Shown: piece after piece, positions 1-14,476 of the stretch | Numbering within the stretch: position 1 is the stretch's first letter | Layout of the letters: each line of letters opens with the position of its first letter | DNA from: Eledone cirrhosa | Taxonomy: Eukaryota | DNA: 64,000 nucleotides | NCBI GenBank assembly: GCA_964016885.1 | Contig: OZ024745.1 | Coordinates: forward strand, 27,466,001 to 27,530,000 | Direction: 5' to 3' | The notes under the pieces: model-generated | What the model was told of the DNA's origin: nothing | Databases searched by the model: none | The model's input: only the letters and a program-made list of their open reading frames with translations | Position numbers and translations under genes: made by a program

Positions 1-3000
1 ACACACAACAACAATAATGTAGCAATCTACACACAACAATAATGTAGCAATCTACACACAACAATAATGTAGCAATCTACACACAACAACAATAATGTAG
101 CTATCTACACACACAACAATAATGTAGCAATCTACACACAACAACAATAATGTAGCAATCTACACACAACTATAATGTAGCTATCTACACACAACAACAA
201 AATGTAGCAATCTACACACAACAACAATAATGTAGCAATCTACACACAACAACAATAATGTAGCTATCTACACACACAACAATAATGTAGCAATCTACAC
301 ACAACAACAATAATGTAGCAATCTACACACAACAATAATGTAGCAATCTACACACAACAATAATGTAGCTATCTACACACAACAACAATAATGTAGCAAT
401 CTACACACAACAATAATGTAGCTATCTACACACAACAATAATGTAGCAATCTACACACAACAATAATGTAGCAATCTACACACAACAATAATGTAGCAAT
501 CTACACACTACAATAATGTAGCAATCTACACACAACAACAATAATGTAGCAATCTACACACAACAATAATGTAGCAATCTACACACAACAATAATGTAGC
601 TATCTACACACAACAATAATGTAGCTATCTACACACAACAATAATGTAGCAATCTACACACAACAACAATAATGTAGCTATCTACACACAACAATAATAA
701 TGTAGCAATCTACACACAACAACAATAATGTAGCTATCTACACACAACAACAAAATGTAGCAATCTACACACAACAATAATGTAGCTATCTACACACAAC
801 AATAATGTAGCAATCTACACACTACAATAATGTAGCAATCTACAAACAACAATAATGTAGCAATCTACACACAACAATAATGTAGCAATCTACACACAAC
901 AACAATAATGTAGCTATCTACACACAACAACAACAATGTAGCAATCTACACACAACAACAATAATGTAGCAATCTACACACAACAATAATAATGTAGCTA
1001 TCTACACACAACAACAATAATGTAGCTATCTACACACACAACAATAATGTAGCAATCTACACACAACAATAATGTAGCAATCTACACACAACAACAATAA
1101 TGTAGCTATCTACACACAACAATAATGTAGCAATCTACACACAACAATAATGTAGCAATCTACACACAACAACAATAATGTAGCTATCTACACACAACAA
1201 TAATGTAGCAATCTACACACAACAATAATGTAGCAATCTACACACAACAACAATAATGTAGCAATCTACACACAACAATAATGTAGCAATCTACACACAA
1301 CAACAATAATGTAGCAATCTACACACAACAATAATAATGTAGCAATCTACACACAACAATAATAATGTAGCAATCTACACACAACAACAATAATGTAGCT
1401 ATCTACACACAACAATAATGTAGCAATCTACACACAACAATAATAATGTAGCTATCTACACACAACAACAATAATGTAGCAATCTACACACAACAATAAT
1501 AATGTAGCAATCTACACACAACAACAATAATGTAGCAATCTACACACAACAACAATAATGTAGCAATCTACACACAACAACAATTATGTAGCTATCTACA
1601 CACAACAACAATAATGTAGCTATCTACACACAACAATAATGTAGCAATCTACACACAACAACAATAATGTAGCTATCTACACACAACAACAATAATGTAG
1701 CTATCTACACACAACAATAATGTAGCTATCTACACACAACAATAATGTAGCTATCTACACACAACAACAATTATGTAGCTATCTACACACAACAACAATA
1801 ATGTAGCTATCTACACACAACAATAATGTAGCTATCTACACACAACAATAATGTAGCTATCTACACACAACAACAATAATGTAGCAATCTACACACAACA
1901 ACAATAATGTAGCTATCTACACACAACAACAATAATGTAGCTATCTACACACACAACAATAATGTAGCAATCTACACACAACAACAATAATGTAGCTATC
2001 TACACACAACAACAATAATGTAGCAATCTACACACAACAACAATAATGTAGCTATCTACACACAACAACAATAATGTAGCTATCTACACACACAACAATA
2101 ATGTAGCAATCTACACACAACAACAATAATGTAGCTATCTACACACACAACAATAATGTAGCTATCTACACACAACAACAATAATGTAGCTATCTACACA
2201 CACAACAATAATGTAGCTATCTACACACACAACAATAATGTAGCTATCTACACACACAACAATAATGTAGCTATCTACACACAACAATAATGTAGCAATC
2301 TACACACAACAACAATAATGTAGCAATCTACACACAACAATAATAATGTAGCAATCTACACACAACAATAATGTAGCAATCTACACACAACAACAATTAT
2401 GTAGCTATCTACACACACAACAATAATGTAGCAATCTACACACAACAATAATAATGTAGCTATCTACACACAACAACAATAATGTAGCTATCTACACACA
2501 ACAATAATGTAGCTATCTACACACACAACAATAATGTAGCTATCTACACACAACAATAATGTAGCTATCTACACACAACAATAATGTAGCTATCTACACA
2601 CCAACAACAATAATGTAGCTATCTACACACAACAATAATAATGTAGCAATCTACACACAACAATAATAATGTAGCTATCTACACACAACAACAATAATGT
2701 AGCAATCTACACACAACAACAATAATGTAGCAATCTACACACAACAACAATAATGTAGCAATCTACACACAACAATAATAATGTAGCAATCTACACACAA
2801 CAATAATAATGTAGCTATCTACACACAACAACAATAATGTAGCTATCTACACACAACAATAATGTAGCTATCTACACACACAACAATAATGTAGCTATCT
2901 ACACACAACAATAATGTAGCTATCTACACACAACAATAATGTAGCAATCTACACACAACAACAATAATGTAGCAATCTACACACAACAATAATAATGTAG

Positions 3001-6000
3001 CAATCTACACACAACAATAATAATGTAGCAATCTACACACAACAACAATAATGTAGCAATCTACACACAACAACAATAATGTAGCAATCTACACACAACA
3101 ACAATAATGTAGCAATCTACACACAACAATAATGTAGCTATCTACACACAACAACAATAATGTAGCAATCTACACACAACAACAATAATGTAGCAATCTA
3201 CACACAACAACAATAATGTAGCAATCTACACACAACAATAATGTAGCTATCTACACACAACAATAATGTAGCTATCTACACACAACAACAATAATGTAGC
3301 AATCTACACACAACAACAATAATGTAGCAATCTACACACAACAATAATGTAGCTATCTACACACAACAATAATGTAGCAATCTACACACAACAACAATAA
3401 TGTAGCAATCTACACACAACAATAATGTAGCAATCTACACACAACAATAATGTAGCTATCTACAGACAACAACAATAATGTAGCTATCTACACACAACAA
3501 CAATAATGTAGCAATCTACACACAACAACAATAATGTAGCAATCTACACACAACAATAATGTAGCTATCTACACACAACAACAATAATGTAGCAATCTAC
3601 ACACAACAATAATAATGTAGCAATCTACACACAACAACAATAATGTAGCTATCTACACACAACAACAATAATGTAGCAATCTACACACAACAACAATAAT
3701 GTAGCTATCTACACACAACAACAATAATGTAGCTATCTACACACAACAATAATGTAGCAATCTACACACAACAATAATGTAGCAATCTACACACAACAAT
3801 AATGTAGCTATCTACACACAACAACAATAATGTAGCTATCTACACACAACAATAATGTAGCTATCTACACACAACAACAATAATGTAGCAATCTACATAC
3901 AACAACAATAATGTAGCTATCTACACACAACAACAATAATGTAGCTATCTACACACAACAATAATGTAGCAATCTACACACAACAATAATGTAGCTATCT
4001 ACACACAACAATAATGTAGCAATCTACACACAACAACAATAATGTAGCTATCTACACACAACAATAATGTAGCTATCTACACACAACAATAATGTAGCTA
4101 TCTACACACAACAACAATAATGTAGCAATCTACATACAACAACAATAATGTAGCTATCTACACACAACAATAATGTAGCAATCTACACACAACAATAATG
4201 TAGCTATCTACACACAACAATAATGTAGCTATCTACACACAACAATAATGTAGCAATCTACACACAACAATAATGTAGCTATCTACACACAACAATAATG
4301 TAGCTATCTACACACAACAATAATGTAGCAATCTACACACAACAACAATAATGTAGCTATCTACACACAACAATAATGTAGCTATCTACACACAACAATA
4401 ATGTAGCTATCTACACACAACAACAATAATGTAGCAATCTACATACAACAACAATAATGTAGCTATCTACACACAACAATAATGTAGCAATCTACACACA
4501 ACAATAATGTAGCTATCTACACACAACAATAATGTAGCTATCTACACACAACAATAATGTAGCTATCTACACACAACAATAATGTAGCTATCTACACACA
4601 ACAATAATGTAGCTATCTACACACAACAATAATGTAGCTATCTACACACAACAATAATGTAGCAATCTACACACAACAATAATGTAGCTATCTACACACA
4701 ACAATAATGTAGCAATCTACACACAACAATAATGTAGCAATCTACACACAACAATAATGTAGCTATCTACACACAACAACAATAATGTAGCAATCTACAC
4801 ACGACAATAATGTAGCAATCTACACACAACAACAATAATGTAGCAATCTACACACAACAATAATAATGTAGCAATCTACACACAACAATAATAATGTAGC
4901 AATCTACACACAACAATAATAATGTAGCAATCTACACACAACAACAATAATGTAGCAATCTACACACAACAATAATGTAGCTATCTACACACAACAACAA
5001 TAATGTAGCTATCTACACACACAACAATAATGTAGCAATCTACACACAACAATAATAATGTAGCAATCTACACACAACAATAATAATGTAGCAATCTACA
5101 CACAACAACAATAATGTAGCAATCTACACACAACAATAATGTAGCAATCTACACACAACAACAATAATGTAGCTATCTACACACACAACAATAATGTAGC
5201 AATCTACACACAACAACAATAATGTAGCAATCTACACACAACAATAATGTAGCAATCTACACACAACAACAATAATGTAGCTATCTACACACACAACAAT
5301 AATGTAGCAATCTACACACAACAACAATAATGTAGCAATCTACACACAACAATAATGTAGCTATCTACAGACAACAACAATAATGTAGCTATCTACACAC
5401 AACAATAATAATGTAGCAATCTACACACAACAACAATAATGTAGCAATCTACACACAACAATAATGTAGCAATCTACACACAACAACAATAATGTAGCAA
5501 TCTACACACAACAATAATGTAGCAATCTACACACAACAATAATGTAGCAATCTACACACAACAACAATAATGTAGCAATCTACACACAACAATAATGTAG
5601 CAATCTACACACAACAACAATAATGTAGCAATCTACACACAACAATAATGTAGCAATCTACACACAACAACAATAATGTAGCAATCTACACACAACAATA
5701 ATGTAGCAATCTACACACAACAATAATGTAGCAATCTACACACAACAACAATAATGTAGCTATCTACACACAACAATAATGTAGCAATCTACACACAACA
5801 ATAATGTAGCAATCTACACACAACAACAATAATGTAGCTATCTACACACAACAACAATAATGTAGCTATCTACACACAACAACAATAATGTAGCTATCTA
5901 CACACAACAACAATAATGTAGCTATCTACACACAACAACAATAATGTAGCAATCTACACACAACAATAATGTAGCAATCTACACACAACAACAATAATGT

Positions 6001-7370
6001 AGCAATCTACACACAACAACAATAATGTACCTATCTACACACAACAACAATAATGTAGCTATCTACACACAACAACAATAATGTAGCTATCTACACACAA
6101 CAACAATAATGTAGCTATCTACACACAACAACAATAATGTAGCTATCTACACACAACAACAATAATGTAGCAATCTACACACAACAATAATGTAGCAATC
6201 TACACACAACAACAATAATGTAGCAATCTACACACAACAACAATAATGTAGCTATCTACACACAACAATAATGTAGCAATCTACACACAACAACAATAAT
6301 GTAGCAATCTACACACAACAACAATAATGTAGCTATCTACACACAACAATAATGTAGCTATCTACACACAACAACAATAATGTAGCTATCTACACACAAC
6401 AACAATAATGTAGCTATCTACACACAACAACAATAATGTAGCTATCTACACACACAACAATAATGTAGCTATCTACACACAACAATAATGTAGCAATCTA
6501 CACACAACAACAATAATGTAGCTATCTACACACAACAACAATAATGTAGCTATCTACACACAACAACAATAATGTAGCTATCTACACACACAATAATAAT
6601 GTAGCTATCTACACACAACAACAATAATGTAGCAATCTACACACAACAATAATAATGTAGCTATCTACACACAACAACAATTATGTAGCTATCTACACAC
6701 AACAACAATTATGTAGCTATCTACACACACAACAATAATGTAGCAATCTACACACAACAATAATGTAGCAATCTACACACAACAACAATAATGTAGCTAT
6801 CTACACACACAACAATAATGTAGCAATCTACACACAACAACAATAATGTAGCTATCTACACACAACAACAATTATGTAGCTATCTACACACAACAACAAT
6901 TATGTAGCTATCTACACACAACAACAATAATGTAGCTATCTACACACAACAACAATAATGTAGCTATCTACACACAACAACAATTATGTAGCTATCTACA
7001 CACAACAACAATAATGTAGCTATCTACACACAACAACAATAATGTAGCTATCTACACACAACAACAATTATGTAGCTATCTACACACAACAACAATTATG
7101 TAGCTATCTACACACAACAACAATAATGTAGCTATCTACACACAACAACAATAATGTAGCTATCTACACACAACAACAATTATGTAGCAATCTACACACA
7201 ACAATAATAATGTAGCTATCTACACACAACAACAATAATGTAGCTATCTACACACAACAACAATTATGTAGCTATCTACACACAACAACAATAATGTAGC
7301 TATCTACACACAACAACAATAATGTAGCTATCTACACACCAACAACAATTATGTAGCTATCTACACACAA
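1..7370. repeat. Tandem minisatellite, unit CTACACAC(AAC)1-2AATAATGTAGC(A/T)AT, 25/27/28 bp; runs off the left edge
   Basis: Uninterrupted head-to-tail units, degenerating at ~7370-7430. Confidence 0.98.
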
Positions 7371-7602
7371 CAGATACAATAATGTATGTTATCTAAATAC
7401 AACAATGTAGTTATCTACACACCTACAACAGACCAGTGGCATATTGCTGGGGATGGAGCTACCCCTCTAAAAAATTGTTGTTGGTAAATTTAGTTTTCTC
7501 AAAAAATTCTTAAATTTTCAAAAAATATTGTATACTCGTTTATTTTAATTACATGAAACATAAAATATGTACAATACAATAATGAATAAAGATGTTATAA
7601 TA

Positions 7603-7770
7603 ACTGTTTCTACTATTGGCAGCAATTACCCAGTACATTACTGGTACTTTATTTTATCGACCCGTAAGGATAAAAGGCAAAGTTAACCTCGGCGGGATTT
7701 GAACTCAGAATGGCAAGGGCCGTAACTCTATATGTCAAAGCATGGCATCCGACCCTCTACCGGTACTGCC
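7603..7770 (-). mobile_element. tRNA-derived SINE, family B (Meta-domain-like)
   Basis: Reverse complement of the 15123-15315 and 17149-17325 copies; B-box GTTCAAATCC, then GCCTTTxATCC..GGGTCGATAAAAT..TACCAG. Confidence 0.75.
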
Positions 7771-8367
7771 ATGCATAAAACTGACCCTTGACCTTTTCTA
7801 TTATATACCTGTCATCTTATTTAACACATTTCTTGTTTTATACAAAAAATGCATAAAAATAATGACATTCGTATTCTACCTTATTATTATTTTCATTATT
7901 TTGAAATTGCCTTTTTAAAAAAAGTAATAAATTTGAAGTTTCAAAATAAGTTTGTATTTTTTCTCTTGTGGACTTCTTTTTATACCACTGTCAATATATT
8001 TATGTATATGTGTATATATACATAGTACACCCTATAAATTGTTAGTGTTGCTGCCTTCATAGAATATACCTCGATGAGTCTGTAAAGTGGTTGTGATGGT
8101 GTTGCAAAAAATGCACCCATTCTTTTTGTTGGAAGATTATGTACGTCTGCATCTCCAAAAACGATTGATTTTATTGGATACATTGCTGTTAAGAAATTGG
8201 TTTTCTGGTGTTGAGGTGATTGTTGTGTTGTTCTCAGTTACATAGTAGTTATTGTAAGGGTGAGCTCCATGGAATTTGTGGTACTTTACAGGGCAGTTTC
8301 TGTAATAGTGTGAGGTGGAGGAAATATGGTTCCACTTGTTATTGTAAATGAATTCTTCCAATCTACT

Positions 8368-8425
8368 GCATGAATACAGTAGTGAATAGCTAAGTCATTA
8401 CTTTGAGAGAATGATTTACCACATA
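8368..8425 (-). pseudogene. Frameshifted relic C2H2 finger downstream of the stop codon
   Basis: Shifted frame reads [19 protein letters not shown]. Confidence 0.8.
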
Positions 8426-9457
8426 TTAGTTATATTGCGTTTCTTCAGTGTGAATAGACTTGTGTCTAGTTAAGCTACTTATTTGAGAGAAGAATTTACC
8501 ACAGATATCACACTGATATGGTTTCTCTCCCGTATGAATGCGCGTGTGTCTAGTTAATTCACCATTTAGAGGAAAAGATTTACCACAGATATCACAGTGA
8601 TATGGTTTCTCTCCTGTATGAATACGTTTGTGTTTAGTTACAACACCACTTCCAGAGAATGATTTACCACAGATATCACACATATATGGTTTCTCCCCTG
8701 TATGAGTACGTTTGTGTTTTGTTAAATCACAATTTTGAGAGAATGATTTGCCACAAATATCACAGTGGTATGGTTTCTCCCCTGAATGAATGCGTGAGTG
8801 TCTATTTAAATGGCTTCCAGTAGAAAATGATTTACCACAAGTATCACAGTGATATGGTTTCTCTCCTGCATGAATGTATTTGTGTTTAGTTAATTGATCA
8901 TTTCCAGAGAATGATTTACCACAGACATCACAGATATATGGTTTCTCTTCTGTACAGGTGCATTTATGTTTCACTGCATCACTATTTCGAGAGAATGATT
9001 TACCACAGATATCGCAGTGATATGGTTTTTCTCCTGTATGAATACGTTTATGAATATTTACATCACCATTTCGAGAGAATGATTTACCACAGATATCACA
9101 CTGATATGGTTTTTCTCCAGTATGAATGCGTATGTGTTTTGTTAAATCAGAACTTTGAGAGAATGATCTATCACAGACATTACAATGATATGGTTTCTCT
9201 CCTGTATGAAAACGCTTGTGAATAGTTAACTCACCACTTTGACAGAATGACTTTCCACAGATCATGCAGTGATATGGTTTCTCTCCTGTGTGAGTACGTT
9301 TGTGAATAGTTAGGTGATCCTTTCGAGAAAATGTTTTTCCACAGATATCGCAGTCATATGGTGTTTTTCCTCTACGTTTCAGCTTTTCACCAGGAGAAAC
9401 AATTCTTTTTGATTGTTTTTTAAATTTAACCTTATTCTCACACAATTCAGTTTCCAT
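8426..9457 (-). CDS. C2H2 zinc-finger protein, 11 tandem fingers (ZNF-A)
   Basis: 343-aa ORF of CxxC-x12-HxxxH repeats with TGEKPY linkers; finger 5 ends HKCTC; short basic N-terminus. Confidence 0.93.
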   Translation of the reverse strand: METELCENKVKFKKQSKRIVSPGEKLKRRGKTPYDCDICGKTFSRKDHLTIHKRTHTGEKPYHCMICGKSFCQSGELTIHKRFHTGEKPYHCNVCDRSFSQSSDLTKHIRIHTGEKPYQCDICGKSFSRNGDVNIHKRIHTGEKPYHCDICGKSFSRNSDAVKHKCTCTEEKPYICDVCGKSFSGNDQLTKHKYIHAGEKPYHCDTCGKSFSTGSHLNRHSRIHSGEKPYHCDICGKSFSQNCDLTKHKRTHTGEKPYMCDICGKSFSGSGVVTKHKRIHTGEKPYHCDICGKSFPLNGELTRHTRIHTGEKPYQCDICGKFFSQISSLTRHKSIHTEETQYN

Positions 9458-9680
9458 ATTTTTCCTTCTTCAACTACACTACACAAATGCTTTTTTCTAT
9501 TTATTTTATTTCTAATAAAATATTTCTTCTGCAATATTTCCATCAACTGTGATCCTTGTCAATAACTAAAAATGTTGCAAATTCTGTTGTATTCCAAGGT
9601 TAAATAGAATACAAAATTATCTTGAAGATATTCCAGATAGTGTTGTTATTAATCTCAGTTCAGAAGAAATATTTCACAGT

Positions 9681-10000
9681 AGAGCATTGGCCTTGCAATC
9701 AAAAGGTTGTGAGTTCAATTCTCAGACCGGGTGATGTGTTGTTTCCCTGAGCAAGACACTTTATTTCACATTGCTCCAGTTTACTCAGCTGTAGAAATGA
9801 GATGATAGGGACTGGGGTCCCTATCAATCCACTGTAAAGTGGACGTGTAGGCGCCACGGAAAAAAAGCACCCAGCACTCACTGTAAATGAGGTTGGTGTT
9901 AGGAAGGGCATTCAACTGTAGAAATCATGCCAGAATCAGTTCCCGTTCCACCCTTGCAAGCAGGGAAAATCGGACGTAAAAGGAAATGATGATGATGATG
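9681..10000 (+). mobile_element. 5'-truncated tRNA-derived SINE, family A (CORE/V-like centre, RTE-like 3' end, (GAT)n tail)
   Basis: B-box GTTCAATTC, GAGCAAGACACTT core; absent at the paralogous site 21068/21069 (TTCACAGT|AATTCTAC). Confidence 0.9.
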
Positions 10001-10132
10001 AATTCTACAACAGATTTATATAAACAGGGTTATATCTGTTGTGTATAACATCTTTTAGTCTTTAAAAGATGACAAATATTGATGGTTTATCTGATGTAAA
10101 AAAACAGCTTTATGTCAATGTCATCCGATAAT

Positions 10133-10150
10133 CTGAAATAATAAAGAAAC
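10133..10150 (-). promoter_or_regulatory. Putative splice acceptor of the ZNF-A coding exon
   Basis: TTTCTTTATTATTTCAG on the minus strand, conserved in the paralog at 21200-21217. Confidence 0.6.
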
Positions 10151-10334
10151 AGTATATGATATAGAGGATACTTTGGAAATTATACTCCATTTCTACACTG
10201 ATAAACTGTAGATATAAACCTTTACCTAAATATTTGAACTTTATCTTTTAATTTATAATAATTACATCATACAATATTGTTTGAAGTCTGCATATTTGTT
10301 ACCTTACGACTAGACCTTCAGATTTTGTAACATT

Positions 10335-13300
10335 GTGAATGCAAGGACTCCTCCTCTTTATTTCGGCCGCGGATGGCCAACATAACCCCATCTCCCTCAC
10401 CCCTCCCTGCGCCCCACTGTTCCCACCCACCAAACGCAATCCAAAACTTCAGAGTTGGTACCCTGAATGTAGGCACCTTAAAAGGTCGCTCAAACGAGGT
10501 TGTAGAAATGCTTGAACGTAAGGAGGTTGATGTTTGTTGTATCCAAGAGACCAGGTGGAGGGGTGGGTCTGCTAGATTCATTGTAGGTAAAAAACGATGC
10601 TATAAGTTTTTCTGGTGGGAAATGACAATGGGCTGGGTGGAGTAGGAATCATGCTAGCAGAAAAATGGGCAGATAAGATAATAGACGTAAATAGAGTGAA
10701 CGACAGAATAATTAAAATAAGACTTGTCCTAAATAGAACTACTGTGACAATAATATCTGCGTACGCACCCCAATCCGGACTGCCTGGCGTTATAAAAGAC
10801 AGATTCTATGAGTCATTAATGCTCACTACCTCCCAAATAACCGACAGTGACTACATAATTATTGCTGGCGACCTAAATGGTCATGTTGGACAACATTGTG
10901 ACGGATATGACGGAATCCATGGAGGCTATGGGTTTGATACTTGAAATGAGGAAGGCTCCAGAATTCTGGAATTCTGTGACGCAAATAACCTAACTATCTG
11001 TAACACTAACTTAAAAAAATGAGACAATCACTTGATCACCTATAGATCAGGGGAACACGCCAGTCAGATAGATTATATCCTTACCAGGAGACGTGACAGA
11101 GTGTCTGTTGTAAACACTAAATCCCTCCCCCATGAAGAATGCACCTCGCAACATAAACTCATAGTTAGCGACCTCATAGTCAAGACGAGATGTACTCGAC
11201 AACAGAGGAGGAATATCCTCAGGAGAAAAATATGGAAGCTAAAGGACCCCACAGCCAGTAATAAATTTAAAAGCATATTACTTGATGCTTTTGACAGTAA
11301 GGAAGAGCAATTAGAGTCGTACAATATAGAGGAACAGTGGGAATTCCTGATAGCTAACCTGCTGAAGGCGACAGATGAAACATGTGGCTGGAGCAGACCT
11401 ATAGGCAGGAGTAGAGTAACTTGGTGGTGGAACAGTAAGGTGGAGGAGTCAATGAAGGCCAAAAAGCAGGCTTGGAAAGTATGGTGGGATGGGGGAAGTA
11501 GAGAAGACTATCAAGTGGCCAGGAGGGAAGCTAGGAGACAAGTGTACTTCGCAAGAAGGGAAGCAGAGGAAAGAAAGTTCAAGCATGTTCTACGACGCGA
11601 GGACCAAAAACGTGAGGTGTTCAGGATTGCTAGGCAATGTGTCAAGGAAAACCGTGATATTGTCGGGGAGAAGTGTGTCCTTAATGATGATGGTGTACTT
11701 GCCATCACTGACGCTGATAAGAAGGTAGCTTGGAAGTGTCACTACGAAAGGCTACTAAATGAGAATAAATGGGAGAAAGACAGTCTCCCCCACATCGATC
11801 CAATAGAGGGACCAGCGGTGCAAGTTGAAGGTAGTATAATAAGTAAGGCAATCAAAGATATGAAGACGGGCAAGGCGGCTGGGCCTTCGGAAATAGTTGC
11901 TGAAATGCTGAAAGCATCTGGAACGGTGGGACACACTATGGTCACCTGGATAGTAAACCAAGTCATACAGAATGGGGTTGTACCGAAGGACTGGTGTAGC
12001 AGCATCATCATTAACTGCTACAAGGGTAAAGGAGATGCCCTAGATAGGGGAAACTAGAGAGGCATTAAATTAATTGACCAGGTCATGAAGGTCACAGAAA
12101 AAGTAATAGCGCAACTAATCAGAGAGCGAATTGATCTAGATGAAATGCAGTTCGGGTTTGTGTCAGGTAAAAGTACCACAGACGCTCTTTTCATTGTACA
12201 ACTACAGGAGAAGTACCTAGCTAAAAGTAAACCCCTATACTTAGCTTTTTTTGACTTGGAGAAAGCCTTTGACAGAGTCTCATGCCCCATTATCTGGTGA
12301 GCTCTCAGAAAACTAGGTGTTGATGAATGGCTTGTGAGAACTATACAAGCCATGTATAAAGAAACAGTCAGCAAGGTTAGAATTAACAACGAATATAATG
12401 AAGAGTTTAGCGTAAAAGATGGTGTTCATCAGGGCTCCGTCCTTAGCCCCCTCCTATTTATTATTGCCCTTCAGGCTATAACAGACGAGTTCAAGACCGG
12501 CTGCCGATGGGAACTCCAAGACACAGATGATCTAACGCTCATAGATGAATCAATGGCTGAACTAGAGAAGAAATTCCAAACATGGAAGCATGGCCTAGAA
12601 TCAAAAGGCCTTAAAATTAACCTGTCTAAGACTAAAGTTCTAGTATGCAGGAAGGAAAATAGGGCACTGGTCCCATCTGGGAAATGGCCATGCTCAGTGT
12701 GTAGGAAAGGAGAAGGCAGAAACTCCATTTTATGTCCCAAATGCAAAGTATGGGTGCATAAAAGATGTAGTGGGATCACAGGTAAGCTAACTAAGAATAT
12801 AAATTTTTATATGTGGCCGGTGCTCAGGTGCAATAAGTAGCAGCAAGTGCCCATAGAATACTAGCTCATTCCATTGCACAGATGGTTCTATAGAAATAGT
12901 GGACACCTTCCATTACCTGGGTGACAAAATCAGCAGTGGTGGAGGGTGCTCTGAAAGTACAGTAGCTTGAGTCAGAACGGGATGGAAAAAGTTCAGAGAG
13001 CTTATACCACTATTGGCCGCTAAAGGTTTCTCTCTAAAAATGAAAGGCAGGCTGTATGATGCCTGCATACGAACAGCAATGTTACATGGCAGTGAGACTT
13101 GAGCATTGTGTGCAGAGTGGAGAGGAACGAAGCTTGCATGCTCCATTGGTATGGTCACGTGATGCGCATGAAAGACGACAGCTGTATAAAAAAGTGCAGG
13201 GCGATCAAAATAGAAGGTAGCCACGGAGTAGGCAGACCCAGAAAAACCTGGGACGACTTGATAAATTCCGACCTCACACACTTACACCTCTCCAAGACAA

Positions 13301-13725
13301 TGTCATTGGACCGAGATCTTTGGCAGAAGACAGAAGACCCACCTTGCAAAGCGAAACCTAGTCAGTAGGCACCTTTTAACCAAAATACACCCCCGTCCCA
13401 CTACCCCCACCCCATCCACACCAACCCTTTCGATGTAAAGTTATGTTGGTACCACAACATCCAGTCCTAAATAAATGAGGTTGTGTAGGTGTCACAACAA
13501 AAAAACACACAGTCCACGCTGTAATGTGGCCGTGTAGGTAACACGGTAAAAACTTCCCAGTCCACACTGTAAACGTGGTTGGTGTTAGGAAGGGCATCCA
13601 GCCGTAGAAAACCCGCCAGACAGTCCTATACGAGCAAGACAACCAATCTTGCCTCAAGTGGGAAAATTCCCGTCCAAACCCATGCTAGCGTGGAAGATGG
13701 ATGTTAAACGATGATGATGATGATG
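10335..13725 (+). mobile_element. Near full-length degraded RTE-clade LINE (APE endonuclease + RT with PHD-like insert), (GAT)n tail
   Basis: GTLNVGTL, CIQETRW, SAYAPQ, GDLNGHVG, SQIDYIL; QFGF, DLEKAFD, GVHQGSVLSPLLF, DTDD, FHYLG; several stops and frameshifts; imperfect TSD TGTAACATT/TGTATACATT; absent from the paralogous site ~21370. Confidence 0.93.
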
Positions 13726-13745
13726 TATACATTAAAGTAAAGAAC

Positions 13746-13930
13746 CATCATCATTTAACATCCGATTTCTGCTAGCAAGAGTTGGACGGCTTGTCACAGA
13801 GCAATTCTTTACTTAATTGAAGTTAGTGCCCTCTGTGATAGTTCAAACACTGCATGTTGTTTACATACATCCCCACACTCAAGTGAGTGCACTGGGTGTA
13901 GTTTATTGTGACACCAGCACTACAGAGGTT
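13746..13930 (-). mobile_element. Older RTE 3'-end fragment, tail-to-tail with the preceding LINE
   Basis: CATCATCATTTAACATCC...GCTAGCAAGAGTTGGACG is a diverged reverse complement of 13670-13720. Confidence 0.65.
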
Positions 13931-14286
13931 TTCATGTTTTTGAAGCAACCTCTCAAGCCTTTGTTTCACAACTTTACTATGGCTGGAGGCTTTTCCTATC
14001 ACCAACCACCTTACTCAGAGTACTGGGACCATTTTATGTCACTAACACTTGAGAAAGGTTTTTTGCCTCTTGACTCTTCATCTAGCAAATTTCCTATAGC
14101 TATATGCCCTCCCTATCACAAACCACCATTCAAGGTGTACTGGGAGCATTTCCTGTTAAAGGACTATAGCTAGTAGTTATTTTTCAACAAAACATTTACA
14201 GATGTCGGTAAATTCACAGAAAGACACCCACACTGATTCCAGTTGGAAATATTTTTTTTCTGCAGTTTTTCGTGTGTTATTTAAAC

Positions 14287-14476
14287 CAGGCATGTTAAAC
14301 TGAGGGTCCCCGAAGGGCCACATATGTTTTGTCTGAGGGCCACACATGACAACTAATTGCGCACATTACAACTATTTTTTTAAATTCTATATTACGAAGA
14401 TAAAACATGCTCACGCTGTAAAAACCTTTGTGGGCGACAGGTGTGCTTGTATGGGGGTTCATGTTTGACATGCCTG
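14287..14476. mobile_element. hAT (Charlie-like) MITE, 190 bp
   Basis: TIRs CAGGCATGTTAAAC / GTTTGACATGCCTG; perfect 8-bp TSD ATTTAAAC at 14279-14286 and 14477-14484. Confidence 0.9.

Noticed and set aside
1-7370. CRISPR array (the reverse strand CTAC..GTGTAGAT recalls Cas12a repeats)
   Set aside because: No unique spacers, no cas genes, eukaryotic context
7980-8361. Two short minus-strand ORFs after ZNF-A
   Set aside because: No recognisable motif; probably UTR or an unidentified insertion
8911-9225. Plus-strand ORFs with repeated MIYHR motifs (also 20213-20443)
   Set aside because: Antisense shadows of the zinc-finger repeats
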